This document shows, piece after piece, positions 39,142 through 48,524 of a stretch of DNA of 59,876 nt. Within the stretch, counting starts at the first letter, position 1. The number at the start of each line of letters is the position of its first letter. Location: contig CAYNXX010000003.1 of the NCBI GenBank assembly GCA_964401295.1, forward strand, positions 66,595 to 126,470, read 5' to 3'. The notes under the pieces were generated by a model. That model was not told the DNA's origin. It did no database searches and saw nothing but the letters and a program-made list of their open reading frames with translations. The position numbers and the translations under genes are program-made. The stretch is from an uncultured Candidatus Saccharibacteria bacterium (GTDB lineage Bacteria > Patescibacteriota > Minisyncoccia > Minisyncoccales > CAYJUL01).

Positions 39142-39564
39142 CTAATTATTTTTTGAATTTTCCGGCAATAAAATCTTTCCTTTATCGGAAACATTTTTTG
39201 CTCTTGCCGAAATTATAATCATTCCGATAACTGTTAGGGGGATAACAACTAACTCCCAATCATTTACTCGTCCTAAAATGGCAAGAGCAACAAAAATTAT
39301 AAAACTCAAATTTTTATTAAAATCTGAAACCATCGTGCGGCGATAGCCCATAATAAAAATGGAAAAATACAGAGCAAACTGAACGATAATTAAAAGCCAT
39401 ACAAACCACAATTCTGCGTCGGCGCGAACGACGTTAAGCCAGTAGGTTATACCCGCATAACCTAAAGCGGCTGCAATAATGCGAACAAAAAATGAATTCC
39501 GTTCCATTTTCAGGACCTCACCTTTGATAAATTCGTGTGCCTTGTTTTCGGTTTCCATAGTCAT
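39142..39564 (-). CDS. Four-TM membrane hypothetical protein
   Basis: Hydrophobic segments; ATGA coupling to the HTH gene. Confidence 0.75.
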   Translation of the reverse strand: MTMETENKAHEFIKGEVLKMERNSFFVRIIAAALGYAGITYWLNVVRADAELWFVWLLIIVQFALYFSIFIMGYRRTMVSDFNKNLSFIIFVALAILGRVNDWELVVIPLTVIGMIIISARAKNVSDKGKILLPENSKNN

Positions 39565-39782
39565 TTCACAAAATACCCAACGTTCTTTTTATAAAGCGTA
39601 GCAAACTTTTTGATCTCTACAATGTCCAATCTCTGTTCGCCTGCCTCTGATTTTGAAATATAAGATTGTGGCCGTTTCAGTTTCTTTGCGGCCTCAACCT
39701 GCGTCAAACCTGCTTCTAGGCGGGCTTTCTTCAGCTTTTCCGCAAAATCTTGATATTCCTTTGTTCGTATTGACCTACCCAT
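39561..39782 (-). CDS. XRE-family HTH transcriptional regulator
   Basis: LKKARLEAGLTQVEAAKKLKRPQSYISKSEAGEQRLDIVE. Confidence 0.93.
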   Translation of the reverse strand: MGRSIRTKEYQDFAEKLKKARLEAGLTQVEAAKKLKRPQSYISKSEAGEQRLDIVEIKKFATLYKKNVGYFVK

Positions 39783-39851
39783 ATATTAACAGGATATATT
39801 CACGAAAGCAATATTCAAAGTTAGAATAATATGCTATCCTTATTTTATGAT

Positions 39852-40114
39852 TGCCCGCCAAAAAATTTGCGAAGCCCAAGCGAGGGCGCGGCGGAAGGGG
39901 GGTTCAAGGGGGGAATTCCGCCGCGCCCGAGCGTTCCGCCGGAGCGAAGCGGAGGCGGTCAGTTCCGTTCAAAAAATGTTCGAGCAGAGTTGTATAATTC
40001 CACCAATATCAAACTTTCCGATTTTTGCCCGACCGATTCGGCCGCGCGAAGCGCGGAAAGGTATGGAAACACTGGTTCGCCGCGCACGGCGCGGCTCGCC
40101 AAGCGCAGGTTCGA
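39852..40114. repeat. Internal composite repeat A'+B (263 bp), an inverted copy of the predicted circle junction
   Basis: 39852-40003 = revcomp of 37496-37647; 40001-40114 = revcomp of 41522-41635; also 40116-40130 = revcomp of 41462-41476. Confidence 0.95.
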
Positions 40115-40156
40115 AATCCCTTGCGATTTTAAGTATTTGCTTTGCCCACTAAAACT

Positions 40157-41722
40157 ATGAATGACTCAAACCAAAAATTCATTTTGTATGCCCGCAAGTC
40201 CACTGATGTGGAAGATAAGCAAGTCCGGTCTATTGAAGATCAAATTGCAGAATTGCGTGCCTTCGCCAAGCAAGAAAATATCTCTATTGCGGAAATTTTG
40301 ATTGAAAAACAATCCGCCAAAATTCCAGGCCGTCCCATTTTTAACAATATGCTCGACAGAATTGAGAAAGGTGAAACCAACGGAATTTTGGCGTGGCACC
40401 CAGACAGATTGGCGCGCAATTCTGTTGATGGCGGACGGCTTATCTTCCTCTTGGACACGGGAAAACTTGCGGGCTTAAAATTTCCGACATTTTGGTTTGA
40501 GCCAACTCCTCAAGGCAAGTTCATGTTGAACATTGCCTTTGGGCAAAGCAAATACTACGTGGACTCTCTTTCCGAAAACACGAAGCGTGGTTTGCGTCAA
40601 AAAGTTAAGAGGGGCGAATATCCGAGCGTTGCGCCTATTGGCTATATAAACGATTCGCGTACTAAATCTATCGTCGTGGACAAGAAGAAAGCTCAGATTA
40701 TTCGCGAGGCATTTGAGCTGTACGCTAAAGGAAATTCGCGGTTAGAGGATATATCCGACTTTTTGGCGCAACGCGGGATTCTATCTCGCGGCGGAAAGAG
40801 AATCCACAAGACGAGGGCGACTTTTATCCTTTCCAATCCTTTTTACACTGGACTATTTCGCTACTCTGGCGAAATATACGAGGGTAAGCACGAGCCAATC
40901 ATCACAAAGAAACTTTTTGATACGGCGCAAGAGATTTTGAAGCAACGAGGCAAGCCGCGCCACAAACAGAAAAATGAGCCGCAAGCGTTTTGTAGCCTTA
41001 TCTCTTGCGCCGAATGCGGCATGATGATAACTGCCGAAAAACAAAAAGGGCATATTTACTATCGTTGCACCAAAAAGAAAATCAAATGTTCTCAACCTTA
41101 CACCAGAGAGGAAGAATTGGATCGGCAGTTATCATCTCTTATTCAAAAAGTTTCTTTGCGTCAGGATTGGGCGGAAAAACTTTTGAAAATGGCGGGAGCG
41201 GACAAAGAGAAATCCGCCCAATCCGTTTCTGCTTTTGTTCTTGAATCACAAAATACAATCCGCGCCATAAATAACAAACTCCAGCGACTTTTAGAGGGCT
41301 ACTTGGAGCAAGATATTGAGCGCGAAACCTACCGAGAAGAAAAAGCAAAATTATTGGGTGAGAAAAAGTCGCTGGAGGAGAAAATGGCGCGGATTGAACA
41401 AAAGCAGAATGATTGGCTCGAACCCTTTCAAAACTGGATAAAAGTCGCTTCAAACCTCGTCAAAATCGCAAGGGATAGCAACCTTTTGGAGAAGAAGGTT
41501 GCTGCCAAAGAAATCTTTGGCTCGAACCTGCGCTTGGCGAGCCGCGCCGTGCGCGGCGAACCAGTGTTTCCATACCTTTCCGCGCTTCGCGCGGCCGAAT
41601 CGGTCGGGCAAAAATCGGAAAGTTTGATATTGGTGCCCTCGACAGGATTTGAACCTGTAACCCTTTCGGGACAGCGTCCTAAGCGCTGCGCGTATGCCAA
41701 TTCCGCCACGAGGGCATCCTAA
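40157..41722 (+). CDS. Large serine recombinase (resolvase + recombinase + zinc ribbon + coiled coil)
   Basis: YARKST catalytic motif, DRLARN, SENTKRG, CAECG...YYRC..C; last 28 aa are antisense tRNA and flank. Confidence 0.95.
   Translation: MNDSNQKFILYARKSTDVEDKQVRSIEDQIAELRAFAKQENISIAEILIEKQSAKIPGRPIFNNMLDRIEKGETNGILAWHPDRLARNSVDGGRLIFLLDTGKLAGLKFPTFWFEPTPQGKFMLNIAFGQSKYYVDSLSENTKRGLRQKVKRGEYPSVAPIGYINDSRTKSIVVDKKKAQIIREAFELYAKGNSRLEDISDFLAQRGILSRGGKRIHKTRATFILSNPFYTGLFRYSGEIYEGKHEPIITKKLFDTAQEILKQRGKPRHKQKNEPQAFCSLISCAECGMMITAEKQKGHIYYRCTKKKIKCSQPYTREEELDRQLSSLIQKVSLRQDWAEKLLKMAGADKEKSAQSVSAFVLESQNTIRAINNKLQRLLEGYLEQDIERETYREEKAKLLGEKKSLEEKMARIEQKQNDWLEPFQNWIKVASNLVKIARDSNLLEKKVAAKEIFGSNLRLASRAVRGEPVFPYLSALRAAESVGQKSESLILVPSTGFEPVTLSGQRPKRCAYANSATRAS
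41522..41635. repeat. Inverted repeat B, right copy (114 bp) within the recombinase 3' end
   Basis: Reverse complement of 40001-40114. Confidence 0.95.
41631..41715 (-). tRNA. tRNA-Leu(TAG)
   Basis: GCCCTCG acceptor, CAGCG-CTTAGGA-CGCTG anticodon arm, variable arm, GGTTCAAATCC, ACCA. Confidence 0.95.
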
Positions 41723-41823
41723 TTTTTCCGGCTCTCTTTCCGTTCCAGTTATTATAATCTTAAAAACCAAGCCGCCCGTCTAATAGAGGGCGGCATCTAA
41801 TTCAACACTTGAAACCCAAAATT

Positions 41824-42156
41824 CTAAAGTAAGTTGCTCGCTACGTAGACTATTCCTTTGGCCGCCACGGCTACAACTATACCCACTATCGCATATAGCA
41901 GTTTTTGGCGAGCTGTAGTTACTTTTCCAGGATCGCCGCCGCCGGTAACAAAGTCAAGCGCGGCCCAAAGAATAAAGATTACCGCCACTGCCAAAAGAAC
42001 GGAAAATATCCAATTGGCTATGGTGTTTAACAGCGCGATAAGATCATTTATGCTCCGCGGCCCAGGCGGTAAATCCCTTAGCTCTCCCTGCGCGCCGACA
42101 ACTATTGGTATTGTCGACAAACCAATAGTTAATAATGATTTGAATAATTTTTTCAT
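41824..42156 (-). CDS. VirB2/TrbC-like pilin (CPR-type)
   Basis: Signal peptide, two TMs flanking GGDPGKVTTARQKLLYAIVG. Confidence 0.8.
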   Translation of the reverse strand: MKKLFKSLLTIGLSTIPIVVGAQGELRDLPPGPRSINDLIALLNTIANWIFSVLLAVAVIFILWAALDFVTGGGDPGKVTTARQKLLYAIVGIVVAVAAKGIVYVASNLL

Positions 42157-42211
42157 ATTTGAAGCTATATTAATAAGTAGTCGACCTTTATATTTTTATG
42201 TAATTTTGCAA

Positions 42212-42544
42212 TCAACCAAGCGGTTGTATGAGTTGGGTTTTTATGATCTCCATAAGACCGCCGGATATGGCAATTACCAAAAAACCTATTACAGCCCATA
42301 AAAGAAGCTGTTTTGCGCGACTAACCTTTGTTGGATCTCCTTCGCTGAACATAAAATTAAATCCGGCAATGATGATCACTATAACCGTTAGCGGTATGGC
42401 CAAATTGAAAATAAACGTCGCTATGGCTCTCATCAAATCGTAAAAAGTATTGTATTGAAGAGGGTTTGGTATGCTTACCTCCGCGGCGAAAGCAAAACCG
42501 ACCCATAAGCTTGCTGCTAATATTGTGAATAAGATCTTTCTCAT
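42212..42544 (-). CDS. VirB2/TrbC-like pilin (CPR-type), paralog
   Basis: Signal peptide, IPNPL, two TMs flanking EGDPTKVSRAKQLLLWAVIG. Confidence 0.8.
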   Translation of the reverse strand: MRKILFTILAASLWVGFAFAAEVSIPNPLQYNTFYDLMRAIATFIFNLAIPLTVIVIIIAGFNFMFSEGDPTKVSRAKQLLLWAVIGFLVIAISGGLMEIIKTQLIQPLG

Positions 42545-42582
42545 GAACTTCCTTTTATATAATTATAGCACGAAAGCCAACC

Positions 42583-45120
42583 TCAAATGCAAGTGGCTGA
42601 AGCTACTTTATCCCCGCCATCAAGACGCATTATCCTGACACCCTGCGTAGCGCGTCCAACTTTAGCAATGGAATTAATCTGCGTTTTAATCACTTGACCT
42701 CTTTGTGAAACAACTATAAGCTCTTCTTCATCTCCAGTTAATATGGCCGATGCCACAATCTGTCCGGTCTTCGGCGTCACCTGGGCGGTCTTTATGCCAG
42801 ATCCACCGCGTCCCTGCATCCTATATTCTTTGATATCGGTCCGCTTGCCATAGCCATTTTCCATAACCACCAGCAAATAATTTTGATTCTTTTCGCCCGA
42901 GGCGCGATCTCGAGACGCATCAACTCTGGACGAAGACCCGCCTTTGACTGGAGTTTCCTGCTTTTTGATGATTTCCATTCCTATGACTTCGTCTCCTTTT
43001 TTGAGCCTAATTCCGGTTATGCCGGCGGCGTTCCTGCCCATCGGACGTATCTGTTTTTCCAAAAAATGAATACTCTGACCTTTTTTTGTGACGAGTATAA
43101 TCTCGTCTTCGCCGGTTGTTCTGCTGACCTTACGCAGAAAATCATATTTTTTAAGCGTGATGGCTATTAAACCGGATCTTCTGATGTTTTCAAACTCTTC
43201 CAGTGCGGTCTTTTTAATCACGCCATTTTTTGTAACCATGATCAAGTATTTTGCTCCGCTTTCCTTATCTTCTTTGCCAAGCGGCATAAGCGAAAGTATT
43301 TTTTCCTGCGGCGAAATTTCAAGGAAGTTCAAAAGTCCCCTGCCCTTCGCAACTCTTGTCCCCTCGGGAATCTCATAGGCCTTGCAGGAAAAAACTTTTC
43401 CGGAATCGGAGAAAAATAGCAAAGCATCATGGGTCATTGCCGGAATGAAATGCTCGATCACGTCTTCGCCTACGGTTTTCATTCCAACCATGCCTTTACC
43501 GCCTCGCTTTTGCATTTTATAAGATGCCGGGTCAATTCTTTTTATATAGCCGCCATGGGTCAGTGTAATTAAAGTTTCTTCCTGCGGAATCAAATCCTCT
43601 TCGGCTATTTCGCCGAGTTTTTGACTAAATACTTTAGTTCTTCTTTCGTCTCCATACTTTTCCTTAAGCTCAAGCAGCTCTTTTTTCATAACCTGTTTAA
43701 TTCTCTCCGGACTTTTTAAAATCGCAGAAAGTTCTTTAATTCTAGTTAAAATTTCTTTTAACTCCTCTTCTATTTTTTGGCGTTCCAGCTTGGCCAGAGC
43801 CGAAAGCTTAGTTTCCAAAATGGCATTTGCCTGTATTTGCGTTAGCTTAAAACGTTTCATTAGGTTTTTCTGAGCGTCATCGCGGCTGGCCGAAGTTTTA
43901 ATCGTTTTTATCACCGCATCTATATTGGCGAGGCACTTATGTAATCCCTCGAGAATATGTGCCCGTTCTTTGGCGCGCTCCAAATCGTAACGCGTGCGGC
44001 GTATAACCACCTTCTCCCTGTGCTCAAGATAATATCGGAACATTTCCGGCAATGAAAGAAGCTGCGGCTGTATGCCCTCAACAAGAGCAATCATATTCAG
44101 GTGAAAAGTTTTCTGCAAATCGGTAAACTTATAAAGTCTGTTCAAAACTTTCTGCGGGTAGGCGTCGCGCTGAAGATCAATAACAATACGCATACCATCT
44201 TTATCTGATTCGTCACGGATATCTTTAACGCCTTCTATTTTATCTTCATGTACCAAGTTAGCGAACTGCTCTATTAATGTGGATTTTATGACCTGATACG
44301 GTATCTCAGTTATAATTATCTGCGTCCTGCCGCTTTTTTCGCTTTCAATGACTTCGGCCCTACCCCGCATGACAATCGGACCTTTACCCTGTGAATATGT
44401 TTCTATTATTTCGCGCTGGTTGTAAATCGCACCGCCGGTAGGAAAATCGGGCCCTTTTATAAATTTAAAAAGGTCTTCCGTCGTGACTCGCGGGTGCTCC
44501 AAAAAATAAACTAGCGCATCTATGGTTTCGGAAAGATTGTGCGGAGGAATATTCGTGGCCATACCCACGGCAATGCCAAGAGATCCATTAAGAAAAAGTT
44601 GCGGAAGGGGCGAGGGTAAAACTACCGGCTCTTTGCGCGTACTGTCGTAGTTGTCAACGAAATCAACGGTATCCTTGCTTATATCGCGCAGGGTTTCTTC
44701 GCCGATGCGCGAAAGACGACACTCGGTATAACGCATTGCCGCCGGAGGGTCGCCGTCAATTGAACCGAAATTTCCCTGCGCATCTATCAACGGGTATCTC
44801 AATGAAAAACTCTGCCCCATTCTGGTCAAAGAATCGTAAACCGCGATGTCGCCGTGGGGATGATAACGGCCGAGGGTTGATCCTACCACAGTTGCGGATT
44901 TCCTGAATTTTGCCCCGTGGGTAAGGCCGTCTTCATACATCGAATATAAAATGCGCCGGTGCACCGGTTTTAAGCCATCGCGGACATCCGGCAGGGCGCG
45001 AGCGACTATAACCGACATTGCGTAATCCAAATAAGAGTCACGCATCTCTTCAACGATTTCGCGAGGTTTTACATAGCCGATTTTGGCATCGTTCTGTTTT
45101 TGCTCTGGAACTTTGGGCAT
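42583..45120 (-). CDS. gyrA: DNA gyrase subunit A
   Basis: [33 protein letters not shown], GyrA-box QKRGGKG, beta-pinwheel repeats. Confidence 0.97.
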   Translation of the reverse strand: MPKVPEQKQNDAKIGYVKPREIVEEMRDSYLDYAMSVIVARALPDVRDGLKPVHRRILYSMYEDGLTHGAKFRKSATVVGSTLGRYHPHGDIAVYDSLTRMGQSFSLRYPLIDAQGNFGSIDGDPPAAMRYTECRLSRIGEETLRDISKDTVDFVDNYDSTRKEPVVLPSPLPQLFLNGSLGIAVGMATNIPPHNLSETIDALVYFLEHPRVTTEDLFKFIKGPDFPTGGAIYNQREIIETYSQGKGPIVMRGRAEVIESEKSGRTQIIITEIPYQVIKSTLIEQFANLVHEDKIEGVKDIRDESDKDGMRIVIDLQRDAYPQKVLNRLYKFTDLQKTFHLNMIALVEGIQPQLLSLPEMFRYYLEHREKVVIRRTRYDLERAKERAHILEGLHKCLANIDAVIKTIKTSASRDDAQKNLMKRFKLTQIQANAILETKLSALAKLERQKIEEELKEILTRIKELSAILKSPERIKQVMKKELLELKEKYGDERRTKVFSQKLGEIAEEDLIPQEETLITLTHGGYIKRIDPASYKMQKRGGKGMVGMKTVGEDVIEHFIPAMTHDALLFFSDSGKVFSCKAYEIPEGTRVAKGRGLLNFLEISPQEKILSLMPLGKEDKESGAKYLIMVTKNGVIKKTALEEFENIRRSGLIAITLKKYDFLRKVSRTTGEDEIILVTKKGQSIHFLEKQIRPMGRNAAGITGIRLKKGDEVIGMEIIKKQETPVKGGSSSRVDASRDRASGEKNQNYLLVVMENGYGKRTDIKEYRMQGRGGSGIKTAQVTPKTGQIVASAILTGDEEELIVVSQRGQVIKTQINSIAKVGRATQGVRIMRLDGGDKVASATCI

Positions 45121-45195
45121 AAAATTATTGCTACGGTTTACGAACTTAAAACGGCTTGCTTTACAATTCTGTAAATACGCTCGTGCGGCTTAAGT

Positions 45196-45849
45196 TTAAG
45201 GTTTCAAAATTACTACTTTCGTTTCTTCCTGCGGCAAATCCTTTTTCTTTATCAAAAGCTTTGGCTGTTGTTCCATGGATTTTACGCCCATTGCGGCCAA
45301 AAACTTATCAACCCCATCAAGTTTCACTCTCAATTTTCCAATGCCGTAATGCATAGGTATAACCATTCTCGGTTCTATCTGCGCGATTATCTTTGTGGCT
45401 TCAGCGCCATTTATCGTATATATACCGCCGACTGGAATCAAAAGAACGTCAATATCGCCCATCTCGCCGATTTGTTCGCTGGATAATTCTTTCTGACCCA
45501 AATCCCCTAAATGGCAAACCCGTAACTCTTCCGTCTCTATAACATAAATGGTATTTTCACCGCGCTCCAACCCTTGGGAATTATCATGCCAAGCCGGAAT
45601 CCCCTTGACAAAAACCCCCCTGGCCTCATATTCGCCGGGACCTTCAATCGTAAACGGATCGCCTTTTATCGCTTTTTTGTTGTTGTGATCAAAATGAGGA
45701 TGGGTAACCAAAAGTAAATCGGCCGAAAATGACGGCATCTTAATGCCTATGTCATCAGAAAATGGATCTATGCAAATTGAAACTTGTTCTCCTTTTTGCT
45801 TGAAAGCTACAATTTCAAAACAAGCTTGACCACGCCAAATTATATGCAT
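45196..45849 (-). CDS. MBL-fold metallo-hydrolase
   Basis: IDPF, THPHFDHN, CHLGDLG, IPVGG, IPMHY. Confidence 0.9.
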   Translation of the reverse strand: MHIIWRGQACFEIVAFKQKGEQVSICIDPFSDDIGIKMPSFSADLLLVTHPHFDHNNKKAIKGDPFTIEGPGEYEARGVFVKGIPAWHDNSQGLERGENTIYVIETEELRVCHLGDLGQKELSSEQIGEMGDIDVLLIPVGGIYTINGAEATKIIAQIEPRMVIPMHYGIGKLRVKLDGVDKFLAAMGVKSMEQQPKLLIKKKDLPQEETKVVILKP

Positions 45850-45960
45850 ATTAATATATTATCATAACCTCAGAGTGCGCTCAATGTTTTACCACGCACC
45901 TTTTGGCCGCAAGAGGTGCGGGGCTTGCAAAAATGACTTTTGTGCTGTATATTTCTCTAT

Positions 45961-47040
45961 ATGAAAGATATCATAGAAAAACATGGACTTGAAAACCTTT
46001 TAAGACCGCCGCGCGTCGGCGGTATCGTTGAAGGAACTGTTGTGGGAGGGCAGCGCTCAACTCTTTATGTTGATTTGGGTACGTTTGGCACCGGAGTTGT
46101 TTTGGGAAAAGAATTCCACAATGCGCGCAGTATTATAAAAAACTTAAAGCCGGGTGAAAAATTGCTTGCCAAGGTTGTTGAGGTTGAAAATGAAGACGGA
46201 TATATTGAGCTTTCTTTGCAGGCGGCCGACAAAGAAATAACCTGGAAAAAGTTGAAAGAGTTAAAAGATAAAAAAGAACCCTTGATGGTAAAAATCGTTG
46301 GTGCTAATAAAGGGGGATTACTTGCAGAAGTTTCAAGAATTCCTGCCTTCCTCCCCGCTTCGCAGCTTAATGCCGAACATTATCCGCGGGTGGAAGATGC
46401 TGACCAGCAAAAAATCTTGCGTGAGCTACAAAAATTCATAGGGCAGGAATTGGAAGTGAATATTTTGGATCTTAACCGTGGCGAGGAAAAACTTATTCTT
46501 TCGGAAAAAATAAAGGAGGGCGAGAAAATCAGAAAACTTTTGGAAAATTATAAAGTTGGCGACGTGATTGATGGCGAAGTCACCGGCGTAGTTGATTTCG
46601 GCGCGTTCATAAAATTCCCTGCCTCGCCGACGGATGGAGACGAAGAGCTGGAAGGGCTGATACACATTTCCGAGCTTGACTGGCAGTTGATAGAAAATCC
46701 CGAAGATATAGTGAAAGTCGGCGAAAAAATAAAAGCCAAAATAATCAAAATTGACGGCGAACGGGTTTTCCTCTCGCTAAAAGCTCTAAAAAAAGATCCT
46801 TGGGAGGGAATTGAAGAAAATCGTAGGGTCGGCGACAAAGTAACCGGGAAAATCGTAAAATTGACTTCGTTCGGCGTTTTCGTGGAAATCCAGCCGTCAA
46901 TCCAGGGGTTATGCCATATTTCCGAATTCGGAACGAAAGACAAAATGGAAGAAACTCTGAAAATAGGAGAAAGCTATGAATTTGTAATCCTGCAGCTGGA
47001 ACCCAAAGATCATAAAATGGCTCTTAAATTATCAGTTTAA
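45961..47040 (+). CDS. rpsA: Ribosomal protein S1-like, four S1 domains
   Basis: ANKGGL..AFLPASQL, DFGAFI, EGLIHISEL, FGVFV..GLCHISE. Confidence 0.85.
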   Translation: MKDIIEKHGLENLLRPPRVGGIVEGTVVGGQRSTLYVDLGTFGTGVVLGKEFHNARSIIKNLKPGEKLLAKVVEVENEDGYIELSLQAADKEITWKKLKELKDKKEPLMVKIVGANKGGLLAEVSRIPAFLPASQLNAEHYPRVEDADQQKILRELQKFIGQELEVNILDLNRGEEKLILSEKIKEGEKIRKLLENYKVGDVIDGEVTGVVDFGAFIKFPASPTDGDEELEGLIHISELDWQLIENPEDIVKVGEKIKAKIIKIDGERVFLSLKALKKDPWEGIEENRRVGDKVTGKIVKLTSFGVFVEIQPSIQGLCHISEFGTKDKMEETLKIGESYEFVILQLEPKDHKMALKLSV

Positions 47041-47051
47041 TTTAATTCCCA

Positions 47052-47083
47052 AACAAAAAAGGCGCCGCGAGCGTCTTTTTGTT
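47052..47083 (+). terminator. Intrinsic terminator after the S1 gene
   Basis: AACAAAAAAGGCGC-CGCGA-GCGTCTTTTTGTT. Confidence 0.7.
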
Positions 47084-47098
47084 GACTATCACAACCTA

Positions 47099-47127
47099 TT
47101 GACAGAATTAAATTACTTTGATATAAT
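47099..47127 (+). promoter_or_regulatory. Perfect consensus sigma70 promoter
   Basis: TTGACA-17 nt-TATAAT. Confidence 0.8.
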
Positions 47128-47206
47128 GTCAAGTTAACCTGCGTAAACGTTGCGCAGGGAGTACCTTAAGAGCTTGGGGGGACAAACCAAAGAAAGGAGC
47201 CAGACA

Positions 47207-48328
47207 ATGGCAAGCAAAAACCCAAAGGGTTCACAGGGCACTAATCCAGAGATGACGGCCATGGCTGCGGCTTTTGCTAGAGCCGGCATCCATAAGACTG
47301 CCGACATCAGCAATGTCTTCGGCGAGGCAGCTGAGGCTGCCCGAGGCCTAGACCAGATCGCCCAGCAGGCGGAGAGCTTGGACCCCGAGACCATGCGCGC
47401 GATGCGCAAGGCCCTGGAGGACCGGGCGAAGACGGATGCGGACGTGCTGGGGCGCCTCTACCAGGTGCGGGCCGAAATCGAACGCATCCCCAACTGGGAG
47501 AACTCGGTTTTCGCTAGCAAACACGAAGAGGCGCAGAAGCTCATCAACGACATCCGCAACAGGAACCCGTACGCGGCCGAAATGGCCGTGAAGCGGGCCC
47601 AGGAACTCCGCAGGGAGCGCACCGAGGACCGGCGCGAGGCCTATCGCGACGAGGTGAAGGAGATGCGGTCCGGTACCGTTTCCCTCCACGACGCCTGCAC
47701 AGGCGAGGGTTCGGTCGCCGTGCGCGTCCGCTTTCCCGAGCGGCGTGACGGACAGGAGACCGGCCGCACGCGCGAGGGTTGGGTGAAGTTAGAGGTCACG
47801 CCGCGCGGCGCCAGGATCTGCGGAGCCACCCTCTCCGTGCAGTTCTTGGTGAAGTACGGGAACGACCAAAAGGGCCAGCCCAAGCTGGTTCCTCTGCATC
47901 CCCCGACCTTCCAAACCAGCTACGGCGAGCCCTTCTTCCCGAACCTGATCCGAGAAGCCCTTGAGGCCCTCTACAGGTTCGAGGAGAGCGTCATGAACGA
48001 CCGGACGCTCACAACTGGGACGGTCAGCCAGCTGCTCGCTGGTGAGGCCGTTAGAGTGATCGTTTACAATCCCTCTTGGCGCGAGCCACGGGATTGGAAC
48101 AAACCGCGAGCGGTGAAGATAGACATCGAGGGCGACGGTCAGGGGAGTGTTCGGGTTCACCGAGTTGAGACCAGCTTTGACTGGTCGGATCTTACGGGCA
48201 AGGACTTCTCGCTAACTTCGCTCGACAAGAGGCTTGCGAACTTCCTGAAGTTCGCAAGCAACCGCGCCGACGCTCACGAGGCCTCCAGCTCTCAGGTCTC
48301 CGAGCAGCCGACTGACGAAGAGAGCTAA
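47207..48328 (+). CDS. GC-rich hypothetical protein (helical N-terminus, beta-rich C-terminus)
   Basis: AAAGGAG SD, long ORF with strong GC3 bias, own promoter, hairpin 48393-48425. Confidence 0.8.
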   Translation: MASKNPKGSQGTNPEMTAMAAAFARAGIHKTADISNVFGEAAEAARGLDQIAQQAESLDPETMRAMRKALEDRAKTDADVLGRLYQVRAEIERIPNWENSVFASKHEEAQKLINDIRNRNPYAAEMAVKRAQELRRERTEDRREAYRDEVKEMRSGTVSLHDACTGEGSVAVRVRFPERRDGQETGRTREGWVKLEVTPRGARICGATLSVQFLVKYGNDQKGQPKLVPLHPPTFQTSYGEPFFPNLIREALEALYRFEESVMNDRTLTTGTVSQLLAGEAVRVIVYNPSWREPRDWNKPRAVKIDIEGDGQGSVRVHRVETSFDWSDLTGKDFSLTSLDKRLANFLKFASNRADAHEASSSQVSEQPTDEES

Positions 48329-48524
48329 CCCTTAAGCGAGCTTTCCCCAGGCTCAAGCCAGGTAGTAAAGCTATGCTTCACTATCCGGCAAAGGGGCCCG
48401 AAGACGAAAGTCAACGGGCCTCTTTCATTTAGGGGTTGACTTTTTACTCAAATAAGCTATAATACTATGTCGCGCGGTTAGGAGGCCGGGCGAAAAAAGC
48501 AAAAACGAAGAGGAGGTCTTTAAA

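Larger units (their letters stand above)
37496..41635. mobile_element. Large serine recombinase integrative element in the 3' end of tRNA-Leu(TAG), about 4.1 kb
   Basis: Recombinase reads into the tRNA; shared GTG/CAC core at 37496-37498 and 41633-41635; the joined ends equal the internal sequence 39852-40114; HTH and cargo genes inside. Confidence 0.8.

Noticed and set aside
39831-40160. ORFs 39831-40160, 39847-40152, 37435-37632, 41428-41709 and 41450-41770
   Set aside because: They are translations of the GC-rich inverted repeats and tRNA, with no SD or domain motifs; used only as evidence of repeat identity
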